Positions 1 to 13,526 of a DNA stretch of 64,000 nucleotides are shown here, one piece after another (the stretch's first letter is position 1; each line of letters begins with the position of its first letter). Both the position numbers and the translations under genes were made by a program. The notes under the pieces are model-generated. The model saw only the letters and a program-made list of their open reading frames with translations. It did no database searches and was not told where the DNA came from. The DNA is taken from positions 15,376,001 through 15,440,000 of the forward strand of contig CM119371.1 in NCBI GenBank assembly GCA_051294905.1, read 5' to 3'. This stretch comes from Botryllus schlosseri. Lineage: Eukaryota.

Positions 1-146
1 CAGCTGTATTTTACTCGTCTGGGGCCAGAGTCACCTATCATATTTCTAGTTCATAATACGCAATAGTCACCTCTAAGCGGGACAAAACTTGCAGTGCATT
101 TCGATAAAGCAGATCGCTTTGCGCAATGATCGCTATACGTGACCAC

Positions 147-765
147 TAGGGCTGTTCAAAAATAACTTTTTTTCCTGAATCTTGCTGGTTACTTGATTAA
201 ATCGTTAGGTTGCCTTAAAAAACGACGCACACCAAATTTGAATTCATTCCGACAAATATTCGCGGGTTACGTAGAGTTTGAAAATTTTGGATTTGCCCAA
301 AAACGCAAAAAAATTTTTTTTCCAAATTTTTCTGCCAACCCCATGAAATTGTTGAGCTGTCTTCAAAAACTATGCAAAACAAATTTGACTCAATTCCAAG
401 CCGTAGAAGCGGAGTTATTCCAGTTTTTCGGTGATAATTCTTGGATTATCCACCAATCAAGGATAATCCCAGAATTATCGAATAAAAACTGAAATAACTC
501 CGCTTCTACGGCTTGGAATTGAGTCAAATTTGTTTTGCATAGTTTTTGAAGACAGCCCAACAATTTCATGGGGTTGGCAGAAAAATTTGGAAAAAAAATT
601 TTTTTGCGTTTTTGGGCAAATCCAAAATTTTCAAACTCTACGTAACCCGCGAATATTTGTCGGAATGAATTCAAATTTGGTATGCGTCGTTTTTTAAGGC
701 AACCTAACGATTTAATCAAGTAACCAGCAAGATTCAGGAAAAAAAGTTATTTTTGAACAGCCCTA
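147..765. mobile_element. Palindromic hAT-type MITE (TAGGGCTG termini)
   Basis: Arms of ~300 bp are near-perfect reverse complements (TAGGGCTGTTCAAAAATAAC...GTTATTTTTGAACAGCCCTA). 8-bp TSD GTGACCAC at 139-146 and 766-773. Partial copies at ~42975-43285, ~52790-52863 and 60221-~60370. Confidence 0.9.
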
Positions 766-979
766 GTGACCACAGATCTGGTTTGCAGGCATAACCGCTC
801 ACTATATAAGCGTGCCTTGCTCGATACGTCCATGATTACGTTATGCGATGTAAATGCGCTTGACTTCTCTAAACTGTTGGAGTACTTGAACACGACATAT
901 GCGACTTGACACACGTGAACACGACATGCGACTTGACCCGACACAACACGACTTGAAACGGGTTTGCCAGCCACTATAA

Positions 980-1281
980 CAGTGGTTCACAACCTTTTTC
1001 CACCCATCGCCCCCTTTTCAAGGTCAACACCGGTCATCGCCCCCCAAATTTTGTGTACCGAAAATTGGGCATACAAACTGTAATCAGCGGCCGGCTGACT
1101 AAAGTCAAAATTTCGGCTCAATGGCTAATTTGACACACTTTTGTAACTAAATTTCCGTGGTTTGACCCCCTTCGCTATTTTCGCCCCCCGTCGCTCCCTT
1201 GGTCCATTTTCACCCCCTGTCGCCCCCTTCGTCATTTTCGCCCCCCCTAGACCGCCAAATCGCCCACGTTGGGAACCACTG
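980..1281. mobile_element. hAT-type MITE (CAGTGGTTC...GAACCACTG)
   Basis: Terminal inverted repeats, 8-bp TSD CACTATAA at 972-979 and 1282-1289, internal CGCCCC motifs. Confidence 0.88.
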
Positions 1282-1365
1282 CACTATAAGTAGAGACCTT
1301 AAGAAAATAATCCGAGGACCAACCCGGGGTATGAAATTTAATTAATCTGGTCCTAAGCTAAAGCT

Positions 1366-4300
1366 AGTGTCACTATCGAATGTGACTATGAAACGGAAAC
1401 TCCCGTTTTCCCATTGTTAAGTCACGCTCGACTGAATCTAGCGACTTTGGTCAATGGCAGCGCAACAATCGAGCAATTTGCCTTAGGTTAAATGGCATAT
1501 CACACTTGTAGATACCCGACTTTGATAACGAAATTACTAGACTAATCAGTCAGTGGTAATCTTGAAACTTGCTACAGTGTTAGATGACATCATCAAGATA
1601 TACAATTCGGAAGCTAGTCGCTCATCTGGGTATGCAACACAATCAAAATCAACATAGACCGATAGCGGCTTTTGCGAAAAATCCGTTACGCGCTAGGCTG
1701 CGCGCACCTATATACTTGACTTCGATAACGAAATTATCACCCTAGTCAGTTAGTGGTAATCTTGAAATTTGCTACAGTTTTAGTTAGATGACATCATCAA
1801 TATATACAATTCGAAAGCTAGTCGCTCATCTGGGTATGCAACACAATCAAAATTAACATCGACCGATAGCGGCTTTTGTGACAACTCCGTTACGCGCTAG
1901 GCTGCGCGCACCTATATACTTATACTCGACTTCGATAACTAAATTACCATCCTATTCAGTTAGTGGCAATCTTGAAAGTTGCTGCAGTGTTACATGACAT
2001 CATCAAGATATACAATTCGAAAGCTAGTCCCTCATCTCGGTATTCAACACAATCAAAATCAACATAGACCGATAACAGCTTTTGCGAAAAATCCGTTATT
2101 GGCTAGGCTGTGGGCACTGCGCATGGTGCGCATGCGCATCTATACAGTACATACTCGACTTCGGTAATGAAATTACTGATCCAACTGTGTAGGACAGAGG
2201 TCTCAAACACGCGGCCCGCGGGCCGCATGCGGCCCGCGAGAGCATTTTGTGCGGCCCGCGATGGCATTTTGGAACTTCAAGTATTCGACAAATGTTCAAG
2301 TTCCACATATCTTTTTTAGATACAAGAACTTAAAGTTCACCCTGAAACTACTTTAATAATCACTGAAATCTCAACTAACTACAGTATCACATCGCTTTTA
2401 AAAAATACCATGATATACAAGATCACATTTCTAGTTCATGATGATAAAACATGACCAGTTGATGATTTGTGACTGAAAATTGTGATTTTGATTTGTGCGA
2501 CCTTTCATAAAATTACTCGATTTCGGATTGACATGGTGATTAAATAAAAATGGCTCGAGTTGAGTCGGGTCAAACGTTAGAATCAGACGACTTGCGACTC
2601 GGAACGGTGACTTGGTAATCCTACGAACGCAACGATCTATGAAACTGCTATGAGGAATAGTAATATATAAAAAGGTCGTAGCTTGCGTTGGGTAGGGTAT
2701 ATAGCTATCTAATCAGGTCAGTATGGCAACTATCCGAATTATGTAACCCGCGCGACGTAAAATTGGTTACATGCAGGGTGTAGTTTCTTCTCTCTGTCCA
2801 TGTTATTATCGGTGGCGAGTAAGGTAGTGTAGTACGCTCCACAGCTGAAACATCAATGAATTCATTGGCGGTTGTACATTTCTGTTCCAGAGGTTCTTAA
2901 TCAGGGCCCGTAGACCCCATTCGGGTACGAAGCAACACATCAGGGGTTACGAGATGCATTGGGGAATTGGGCCTATATGCTGTGGAATATTTTTAGGCCA
3001 ATTTATTCAACTGGAAAATGACCTTCGCGCTACGCGTGATTTTATGTGAATGGGATTTCTGATTTTAATATGGGTTGTTATTGATATGTTACAATAATAA
3101 TCGAAGGCAAAACCAAACGCTGTTTTAATTTGACTTTGGCAATGACAGTAGAAATAGCCTACTCACGACTTTATCTAAACCCGGATTAGGCTACAACGCT
3201 CAAATGCTCTGATATCAGTATATTGTAAAATATTCTACAAAAAATTGTGACTCGTCAAAGGTTCAATAGCTACAATGTTATAACCCGACAGTTTGACGAT
3301 GGCATGATGCAATTTTATTCAAATATTTGAAAACGTGATTTTTCCGTGTCAAGCGTGAATATTACAATAGTAAATTACATTCTCACGATGTTTTTGGAAT
3401 GCCTGTCTGCAAGCTCCCGTCGAATAAGGTATACTTGGAAATTATACATTGTATATCCCTGTTATTGGTGCTGCGGCCCGCGACGTCATCAAAACTAGGA
3501 AATTGGCCCGCGAACACATTTGAGTTTGAGACCTTTGGTGTAGGAAGAGCCGTTAAATTTCGCACAGAGTTAGAACGCATAATCCGAATGGGGAATAATA
3601 GATACGAAATCTCGACATGTCTCCCGCTATGGAAATACCTTCAAAATCTATAGAGCAACACAGGTTTTTGCGTAAAATCTGTTCCGCAGGCAGGCCTATA
3701 GGCTGGATGCAGGACCGTAACAGCACTTCGTCAGGCCCCCAAAAACGTTGGTCTTGGGCCCGCCATAGGGTGATAAATAATGGCCGACGCCGAAATACTT
3801 ATTTGAAATTTCGTGTATTTGTATATTGCATATGTATGCGCAAAGTGCGCTATCGCATAATAGATTTTACGCGAGTAGGCTATATAGGTGCGCGCAGCCT
3901 AGCGCGTAACGTATTTTTAGCAAAAGCCGGCATCGGTCCATGTGGATTTTAATTGCATAACCAGATGAGCGACTAGCTTTCGAATTGTATATATTGATGA
4001 TGTCATCTTACACTGTAGCAAATTTCAAGATTACCACTAACTGATTACGGTGGTAATTTCGTTATCGAAGTCGAGTATATAGGTGCGCGCAGCCTAGCGC
4101 GTAACGGAATTTTCACAAAAGCCGCTATCGGTCTATGTTGATTTTGATTGTGTTGCATACCCAGATGAGCGACTAGCTTCCGAATTGTATATCTTGAAGA
4201 TGTCATCTAACACTGTTGCAAGTTTCAAGATTACCACTGACTGATTAGTGTAGTAATTTTGTTATCGAAGTCGAGTATCTATAAGTGTGATATGCCATTT

Positions 4301-4419
4301 AACCTAAGGCAAATTGTTCGATTGTTGCGCTGCGATTGACCAAAGTCGCTAGATTCAGTCGAGCGTGACTTAACAATGGGAAAACGGGAGTTTCCGTTCC
4401 ATAGTCACATTCGATAGTG
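1366..4419. repeat. Foldback-like large inverted repeat with ~200-bp tandem subunits
   Basis: Sequence from 1366-~2170 recurs reverse-complemented at ~3860-4419. Each arm contains tandem ~200-bp units (GCTAGTCGCTCATCTGGGTATGCAACAC...GCTAGGCTGCGCGCACCTATATACT): about 3 on the left, about 2.5 on the right. Termini and TSD not resolved. Confidence 0.75.
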
Positions 4420-5537
4420 TCACACTGATTCAGACAATACGAATTATATTTTTGTCAAGATAATGGAACGACATCAAAATAGCCCCCAAAGTCTGAAAAT
4501 CGGCATTGATCAGAACACTCGGTGGACGAAATTGGTCATTGTTATGTTCATCGTGTTACGGCGGTGCCACTGATGAAGCAATGCCGGTTTTCAGACTTTG
4601 AGGGCTGTTTCGGGGTGCATGGTTACATTGTCCTGACGAGATTTTATTTTGTATTTTCAAAATCACTGCGACACTAGCTTTCGATCATGGCCAATTACAT
4701 GAAAGTTCAGCTCTCAGGTCGCCAGATATGTAGCACTGACAATTATGCTACTTTAAGATTACTCGGCAAGAAGAGACACTGTTTGCCCATGCGTAACCGC
4801 CAGGAATTGCGTATCTACTATTTATCCGTAGGTTAGAAATTTATAAATTATAATTATATATCATCAGAGTCTGCACTCTGGTGACCGGTATAGCCAATGC
4901 AGTCGTCGGCCAGAACTCGATCTTTATTGGTTATTTTGGTTAAAAAAGCGCTAAATAATCGCTAAATTCTTTTTCGAAAATCGCCAGATTTATCGCTAGG
5001 CGCTAGATCCATATTTTTTGGCGCTAAACCGGATGAAAAATCACTAGATCTAGCGCGAAAATTGCTAAATTGGCAACACTGATCGTGATACAGTCCATAT
5101 TTCGCCGAGTTGTTACGACAATTTTACTAGAAAACAAACTCCGGATCTACTTGCTCTACAAAATAAAGTATAAGCAGTCTCTATTTTTGCCTCGAAAACT
5201 GTTGAATAGAAGTAGCCTAAAAGTAATCCAAAATCAGTACCAAGAACAAGTTTGAGTACCTGATCGTTACTGACCCGTTCTGGCCATTTTGAACCTGGAT
5301 GAACGTCGAAAATGCGAAAAATGACAGGGCGGATAATATAACCATCTGTGTATCTGCTGAATATTTGAACCTTTCCTGAAGCTGGCTCATTTTTTTACTT
5401 GTGCGCGAGGCTGTTACTTATTTTGCCGCGAATGTTACAAGCTATGGATTGAAAACAATCACGTGTTACGAGATCGTATGTTTCAGCGTTGTATAGTGTT
5501 GTAGCGGTAGAATCAATTGTAAAGTGTTGACTCTGAA

Positions 5538-7145
5538 ATGGAGGTTGTTTACAAAACATCTAAAACTCACCGCGGCTCCCTGTTGTCAAAATTGAAAGCC
5601 AACGGGAAGTTTTCCGACGTCACAATACGATGCGGACCCGTCGAAGTTATGGCGCATAAATGCGTGCTGACCGCATCGACGCCATATTTTAGAGGGATGT
5701 TCTTGAACGACACTTACGAAGCCAACACCGGAATTCTTGACTTCTCTTCCGCAATGACTCCTGAGGTGATGAGACAATGCGTCAACTTCATTTATATGGG
5801 AACCGCGTGGATCTCTGCCCCAATAGCAACAGGACTGATTGATGCCGCGGAAATGTTGCAGTTGCCGGAACTGTCTAAATTATGCATCGAATTTCTAGCC
5901 GAAAACATAAATCTGACAACGTTTCCGGAAGTGATCTCTTTGTCACGTCTCTATAATAAGAATTCTTTAAATGAGCCGATACTGCGCTTTCTTGATGACA
6001 ATCTAAAAATGCTTGTGAAGTCTAACCGTATCAAGTCGCTCGATTATGAAACGTTGGGTTATTGTTACGATTTGTTGCAACGAGCGACTCAATCGCACGA
6101 GCTCTGGAAATGGTACGGGCTGTTGAATTGGACGCACGCCAATCTCGAAGAAAGAAAGTCCAAGCTTCCTGAACTGTTTCGAACTACAGCGCATTCCAGC
6201 GGACGTAGTTAAAAAGCTTATTTGTCCAGAGAATCTGATTGATGGATCGCTGAAATGCCTACAACATATCCGCAGTTTTGTCGCGCGCAAGCAAGCTCGC
6301 ACTGAAAACGGAACACCGGCGATGAGACGCATCACGTCGATTAATAAAGCTACGAAAGTAGTTTACCAATACGATTTGTACAATGAGCTGTGGCAAAAAG
6401 TAGACGTGATGCCATCAACTGTTGGTCTACATTGTCAAGCAGTTGAATATCGCGGGATATTATATGTTGGCGACAGTTCATCCTTATACGCCTTCAATGG
6501 GACGAAGTTGACCCGTCTGGCAGTAACGTCGGGAGGCCACAGCCATGATAGGCCACAGTACAGTCAGATTATTGGCGTGGCACAGCGGATGGTCGTATTG
6601 GTCACAATTCATTGCACTTTGCTAGTGGATATCGAGTCTCGCGAGTTGCAAAAGGTGCATCACCAAAATATGAGACTTACGGATGGATTTGCGGTGCATG
6701 CAATGAAAATTCGGTGTATGTTATGGGTGGAAAGAAAGGATATAATGATGCGAATGAACGCAATACTGTATCTAGATTGATATTGCGTAAAATGAAGTAT
6801 TTGGATTCACCGCCGATGATCAGGGCCAGGGCGTACGGTGCAGGCTTTTGGTACAAGAATATTCTGTACGCTCTCGGAGGTGTTACTAGTACGGTCGAAT
6901 TCCTCAACAAAGAGACCAGACAGTGGCAGATTTTGAAAAATTTAGAAATGCAATGTAGGAATGTCAAAGTGCATCTTGCCGACAAGTTGTATATTTTTGG
7001 TGGCGTGTTGGGGACTGACGTTAAAACTGTTGATCTACATCAGCTGGATATCCCCGCGAAAGAGCTACAACCCTCAAGACGTAGTGCTGGCGACATGGAG
7101 GCGTGTTGCGCGTCGTATACCAAGTATATCAAACTTTCCAAATGA
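5538..7145 (+). pseudogene. Intronless BTB-BACK-Kelch (KLHL-like) gene, frameshifted
   Basis: BTB (FSDVTIRCG..AHKCVLTASTPYFRGMF), BACK (WYGLLNWTHANLEERK) and Kelch repeats (VYVMGG, ILYALGG, LYIFGG) are split over ORFs 5538-6212, 6322-6780 and 6612-7145 in different frames. At least 2 frameshifts (~6185 and ~6540-6610); assembly indels not excluded. Confidence 0.85.
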
Positions 7146-9952
7146 TTAGTATTTTCCAGTGTTTAAATATGTATTCTTTCGATGCATAGGCTAAGTCATA
7201 AAGTGCAGCAGTAGCAGCACCACAAACAATGGCAACATTGATGGTCAAGATTAGATATTTTGGTGGCATCTAAATCAGGATTTTTTAGTTTCCAAAAGTA
7301 TAGGTGTGAAGCAGGGTTTCTCGGCTTCCCTCGTATGACGGGCCGCATTTTAACAGCGAAATACGCTGCGGGCCGCAGAACATCATTCCCATGTATTAGT
7401 GGGATACTACCAAATTTAGGCTACTACAGCCTGCTTCTTTCCTTCCATGGATGCAGCCCTGCACGAATACAGACAGAATTCAGCGTTGTAAAGTTGACGT
7501 TTTTCGCTGGTCCCTACCTCGTTTGCCCTGCCAGCATTTTCACTCTGATAGAAAGCCCCCATGCAGATAATTAATTCGCTCTGTAATGTCTGTGGAGTCA
7601 GTGGATTCGTCCGATGCTAGGCTAAAGTAGTCTACGCGTCAACGTATTTCAGAACATGCGATGAAAGATCGACTGAAATTGCTGTAACTCTTCTGGTCAA
7701 GGTTGAAACAGACAACTGTAACTTCAAAATTTGTCAGGTGATATTGTCCTTGCTGTTAAGTATCGGAAGCAGCGAATATTCGTTTTTTTTTGAAATCACA
7801 CCTTCTATGGCCAATTTCATGGGTTTAACGATATTCCAAGCAATTTTAAGCCATGCGTCAGTAACATAGTCGACAATTTTAACAATGCCTCGAAATATAG
7901 ATTGGTGGGCTTGGCACCTAATAGCTAGCAATGTTTTTTCTAACAACAGGCGATACAAATAAAGTGTCGTGGTATAATCTTGAGCTTCTATACGCTTCGT
8001 TACGAAAACTGTTATTCGAAAAATATGTCACATCGGTTTTCCATTTATATCTGAGTGAGAAAGTAAATTGATTGTTCCGAACGGAGCCCAGTTCCCACCG
8101 ATTAATTTCCCGTTCCTTGTTCTTATTGACTTGAACACCCATCAAGAGTTTAGTACACAACGGAATTCTCTTGAACTAGAGTCCAGCCGAATAGCGATTT
8201 AAAACAATAACAATTCACACTCGAGCATATATCAAGAAACCAAAATACATCAAAGAATGAGTAATTAAACGAGACATAGACGGTGCGATAAGAGAGCTAA
8301 AGTATCTAAATTAATATGTAACATCGTGCCAGTAGCGATTGCGTTTATAATGGAAGATGTCGCGGGCCGCAAAATATACGTATGCAGTCCGCGGGTTGAG
8401 AACCCCTGGTGCCCAGGTGAGGAAGCATGGTGTCCAGGTAACGAAGCGGCCAGCTACAAACTATGGTCGGTTGGGATGTGTTGAGTGAACAAAGAGGCGC
8501 TAAAGCAGTGGTTCTTAACCTTTTTTCCTCCAGCGCCCCCTTTTAAACATTATCGTGCTCCAGCGCCCCCCACCTCATATTGTAAGGACTGTAATAAAGA
8601 CAATGGGTGATAGGGAGGGCCGCAACAGCACTTCGTCAGCCCCCCTAAAAAAAAAACAATTGTCTTGGGCACCCATAGCGTGATAAACTAAACTCATGAG
8701 GGCTTGGCCCCCAGGAACCCCGTCGCGTGATTTCGATGGTCAGTAAAGTTTATATGGCCTGGTCGCCATAGGAGCTAAAATTGTCTATAATGCATGAATG
8801 AAATAGGTTGTAATTGCATATATATGTAACTATAAACTTTTTATCCTCTCAGTCCACGTAATCAGATTTACCAGTAGCGCCGAATGAGCTGTTGTATTAG
8901 AAAATGAAGGCCACGTAATTAGTTATTTTAATTGAACATATTCGGGCGTGCCCGTTGGTATAATTAAATCGTTACATGTTATTTTGTTACTAAAGTCAGC
9001 ACTCGATTCAATATTGGCATTTAGTCACTGACAAACAATTTTCTCTGATGGATGTTATTTGTCCTGTGGGGAGCAGATTGCGACGACATGATAGTTCGGC
9101 ACGAGCGATTTAAGTAGGCCTACATATGGATAACTGGACTTAAATGCGTCGAAGTTTACGCTCAACATAAGGCCAATCCTCTTCGGTTACGGTTTTCTCG
9201 CTGACGATCGTTTGACACACTTCTTGGAGTCCCATATTCACCAGAACTTTATATGTCTTCGTGCATCGTGGCGTGATAATGGCCGACGCCGAAATGCCTA
9301 TTTCTATTTTCTATAATTATGCGCATTCTTTCTGACGATTTAATTGGCGATCTAAAAGTAGGCACAATTCGTTTTATATGAATTATCATAACCCACTACA
9401 TTTATGAAAACATATATAGCAAACATCGTCGCGTAGCGCGACCAAAAATTTCGGGATTTGACATGTTTTGTTGGGTGTTAATTAGTTCTGAATACTCATT
9501 AAGGATATGTCCTACTACCACATCATCTATGGCGAAGTCATTTTTCGTCAGCGCCCCCTTATCGCCCCCCTGATCCCAGCGCCCCCTATTTCGCCCCCTG
9601 AGCGTTTTCGCCCCCTTGAAAATCGCCAGCGCCCAGTGGAGGGCGCTGGAGGCAAGGATTTAGGCCTTTTAGGGCCGATTTTATTTTTATTCACTTTCTC
9701 CGCACTTCCCGCGCATATTGCGCATTTGGCCCGCGGACTGTAAAATGCCCAGGCCTGCCCTACGCTAATCTACAAGCCTTCGGGGAACCGCTAAAATTAA
9801 GTGAGTCCGAAAACAAAAGTTCACATTTGTGCATACCATGTGTGTTGTAATCTGTAGGACTACCAGTAAGCGAGACAGGCAGACCTTTGCAAACCAACGT
9901 TTTTTTGAGTAGTAGTTTTAGTTCTAGTTGCTGATTTTGATATTTGAGTACA

Positions 9953-11342
9953 AGGGCGTAGCCAGAAAAGATATTTTGGGGGGGCGAAAAATTCGATGAC
10001 GTAAATGAGCCATCTCCTTTAAAGATAAGAAAATAGGTTAAAAACGATGGTCTTGGGCCCTTATTGGATGATTGACACAACATCTGGGGCAAATATTCCA
10101 CTCATACATAAAGTGAAGTGATAATATAATGATTGTTTCAAACTCGGGCGCGAACACTTTCGCGCGAAGCGCGAAATTTTTTAACAGTTAATGAATGAAA
10201 TTGGTTCATTATATTGCTACTTGCATATTGCAAATTCGTTTTCATCATCAAATTTACCGATAGGGCTGATAGAAGTGGTGTCATCCAACATTCAGGAGGC
10301 ATGCTTGAACTATGTTCAATTGTTCATACCATACGGCAAGACTATTTAGAGCAGTGGTTCTCCACTGGGGGTCCGCAGAGCATTTTCAAGGGGCCCGCGA
10401 AAACTACAAATTTGCAAAAAAAATTGTTTTAAATTAGAGAAATCACAAAGCTATTTCGCTTCATAACTGCTAAAACTTCAGGACTCACATAAACAGAGAA
10501 TGGCCGTCTGAGATGAAATATTCCACTGTGGAAGTCATTTTAATTGCCAATAGCCTACTCGTACTAACATATTGCTGTTTAGGAATGTTTTTGGATAAAT
10601 GAAAGAATTTGATGAATAATATTGGTGCGCGAGCAAGTGAATTCCGGTCTTATTAATTACTTCGTTGAAGCACGGTTATTTAGCAACCTCTGGTAAAGAT
10701 TGACGCTATACTTTAAAGATTGGAATTGCTGATAGCTTACATACAGACCAAACTAAAAAACTCCTTTGATCAGAAGCGTGCGATTCCAAATTAGCACTTT
10801 TTAACGGGAGGTGTGCCAGTCGCATTTATATCGGAGGGGTCTGATTGCAGGGGAAGGATCATTAGGCACCAGCCATTTAAGCACCCGGAAATCTATATTG
10901 AAGGCTTCGGAATACATGCGTCGGTTTTTTAGTTGTCAAACATTTTGAGAACAGAGTCTCATGTAGCCTACTTTAAATGTCTTCATGTGTCCCGGTACGG
11001 AAATTGCCGGAACTAACAGTCCTCAACCCCCTTACTGAAGTGACATCACCCCTAGACCCAAACAACCCAACGACCTCGTACTACTCTCGTGCATCTGGTA
11101 CTGTTGTATTCTCATGAGAATGCAGTTAAATTCAATTATGAGTATTTGAGGAACAATTTTTTTCGGGACACCGATAATAAAATCAAGAAGTGTATGGACA
11201 CTAAACCGCGGGAAGCGCTAAGAAATTTATTAGGTTGCATTCATCTACCTCAAAATACTGTTATATTTATTGATTTTATGAAAGGTTTCCAAAAATTTGG
11301 GTAGAGCGATCGCCCCTTTCGCCCCTATCTGGCTACGCCAGT
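9953..11342. mobile_element. Non-autonomous DNA transposon with GGCGTAGCCAG...CTGGCTACGCC ends
   Basis: Inverted terminal motif at 9953-9966 and 11329-11342. A related, more degenerate copy lies at ~61826-63510 (shared GCCAGAAA...TTTTGG.GGGGG.AAA..C.GATGA.GTAAA start). TSD not resolved. Confidence 0.45.
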
Positions 11343-13526
11343 GTTTTAGTAGTTATAGTTGCGGATTTTGAAAATTGCGTAGTAGTTGCACGTTTTGAAA
11401 ATCCAGCAGTGTGTAGTGTACTAGTTTCGAGTTTCAAAAATTGCATAGTTCTAGTTGCACGTTTTGAAAATCCAGCAGTGTGTACAAGTCTGACTACAAT
11501 GTGATATGATAAGTCTGAACGATACTCAAGTAAGTAGAAGCACAAGGTAGATTTGGTCGACACGTTGTATACATGTCGCGTGAATCAGAGGTGGCTAAAT
11601 TTAAATTCGAAGCTGTTGAATCGCACCTAACACAGAATGACTTCCTGATACGCGACCAGGTACCCGTCATCGTCCCTGCTTAGCAATAGAAGATATATCA
11701 CCCTTCTCGAGTTCATATTGTATCCGGATGATTACCGTGTAGCAGAGTTACGACTGTTGGACACTAGTGCGGAGCGGATCGACAATTTCTCTGGTCCGAC
11801 TCCGATGAGACTGGGTTAAACCCGCAAGACGCTAACCGCCAGACGCCACCATATCGCTGAGTCACTACGTGGCGTCAGGCGTGTGAATGGGTCGAAACGT
11901 AGACTGGCGGCTGAATTGCTACATGGCATTTCTCGTGTCAACGGGTTGAAACGCAGACTAGCGGATGGATTGCTACATAGCATTTGACGTCCAACATTTT
12001 ACGAAAAGCAAGCTAATATCACGGATTTCCGACGCCCATTGAGAATATGTTCTGTTTGCTGCTTCATCTAACTTGTTACTAGATGTTAAAAACTTTCACA
12101 AAGCCAGCGGCATCAAGTGTCATATTACCGCGGTATTGTCAAAATGTGACTTCATATATTTTGCTCTTTTTGTGATTGGTAGGATTGAGATTAGAGCTGT
12201 GTAGTGCAATATACTAAAGTAGGTGTAAATCATAGTAAAAATGAAAATTCCGGCCCGCCAGAGTCGTACACTCAATGTTTGGCCTGCCGTACAGAGACAT
12301 GGTGTTTGTAGTCTGAAATTTTGAGACGCCGTGCCATGTGTAAATAGCACAGCGTCAAAGGCAAAGTTACTTACCGAGATGGAAGCGAGGGCTGGTCATT
12401 CGTCATGGATCAAAGTGATTGATCGCTGCATTATCATCTTCGTCGATAGAGGAATAATGTCTGCTACAATTATTTGTTGGATTGCTGCTCGAGTTCTCTT
12501 GTATCTTAGACAGCAATGACTTGAGCTGAGCACTTTACGCACCGTATTAAAGTCGTTACAGCCGAAGAAAATAGTTGCAGTCGACGCGACATCAGGACTT
12601 TTTCGTAGACTACTTACATACAGTCCTGACTTTTTAGAACTAGCCTATTCATTCATCCTAGTATGACGTGGCTAGCTAGCGCTTGCTGTCTATTAACTTA
12701 ATTCCGCGTATTTACGGCATAGCCGACATATATCCAATATCCATGCGACAAACGTCGACATGTAGGTAACAAATGAGATGCAGCCCGTGGCGTCTTTATA
12801 GCTGATATATCCGACGCCAAACGTCGACATACACAGATTAGATCAGGGGTGGGCAAACTTTTGGGCTCGCGGGCCGCATTCAACATCCTAATCCATACGC
12901 GGGCCGCATTATATAAAATTGGGATCATAAACCAAAACGTAATATTGCTGGTATTTGATTATATAGTGAGGACATGGAGATAATATATATGCTTATTTGA
13001 AACGAACCAAACATTGCTATGATGATATCGTACACGCGTCAGAAACAATGGCGAGATTTCATAGGCTGGTCGACCTCAATAACCAATTTGTCAAAACCAT
13101 AGAGATGAGAGTCCGTTGTCCCTATTCTTTGAATAGGATTGAAATTTAAATCTGTGAGCAGTGATCATCAGTTCATAGATTTACTAATTCCGCTTTGGGT
13201 TCAGTTCCAGGACACACAATGCTGACAGCATCATAACCATGTTAGCTTCAAATCCGCTTCTACTATATAGGCCTATGTAGATTTCGCGCCCCCTTATCGT
13301 CATATCACAAAACGCATTCAGGATGCTATAGCAAACCTAACGGATTGTTTGGTGGCATGGAAGGTTACGACTATTGATGAGAGAATTTTAAATATGAAAC
13401 TCATACTAAATACAGAGCACTAATTAGCAATTGGAAGGAAATCGCCCAAAGCGCGAAAAAATTTTCAGTTGAGCTCAGCTTCGCGATCCCCTTCAGATGC
13501 TTTCATGACCCCAAGAGGCACGCGTC

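Noticed and set aside
193-719. Two near-identical ORFs on opposite strands (99 and 109 aa)
   Set aside because: Mirror artefacts of the palindromic MITE; no domain features.
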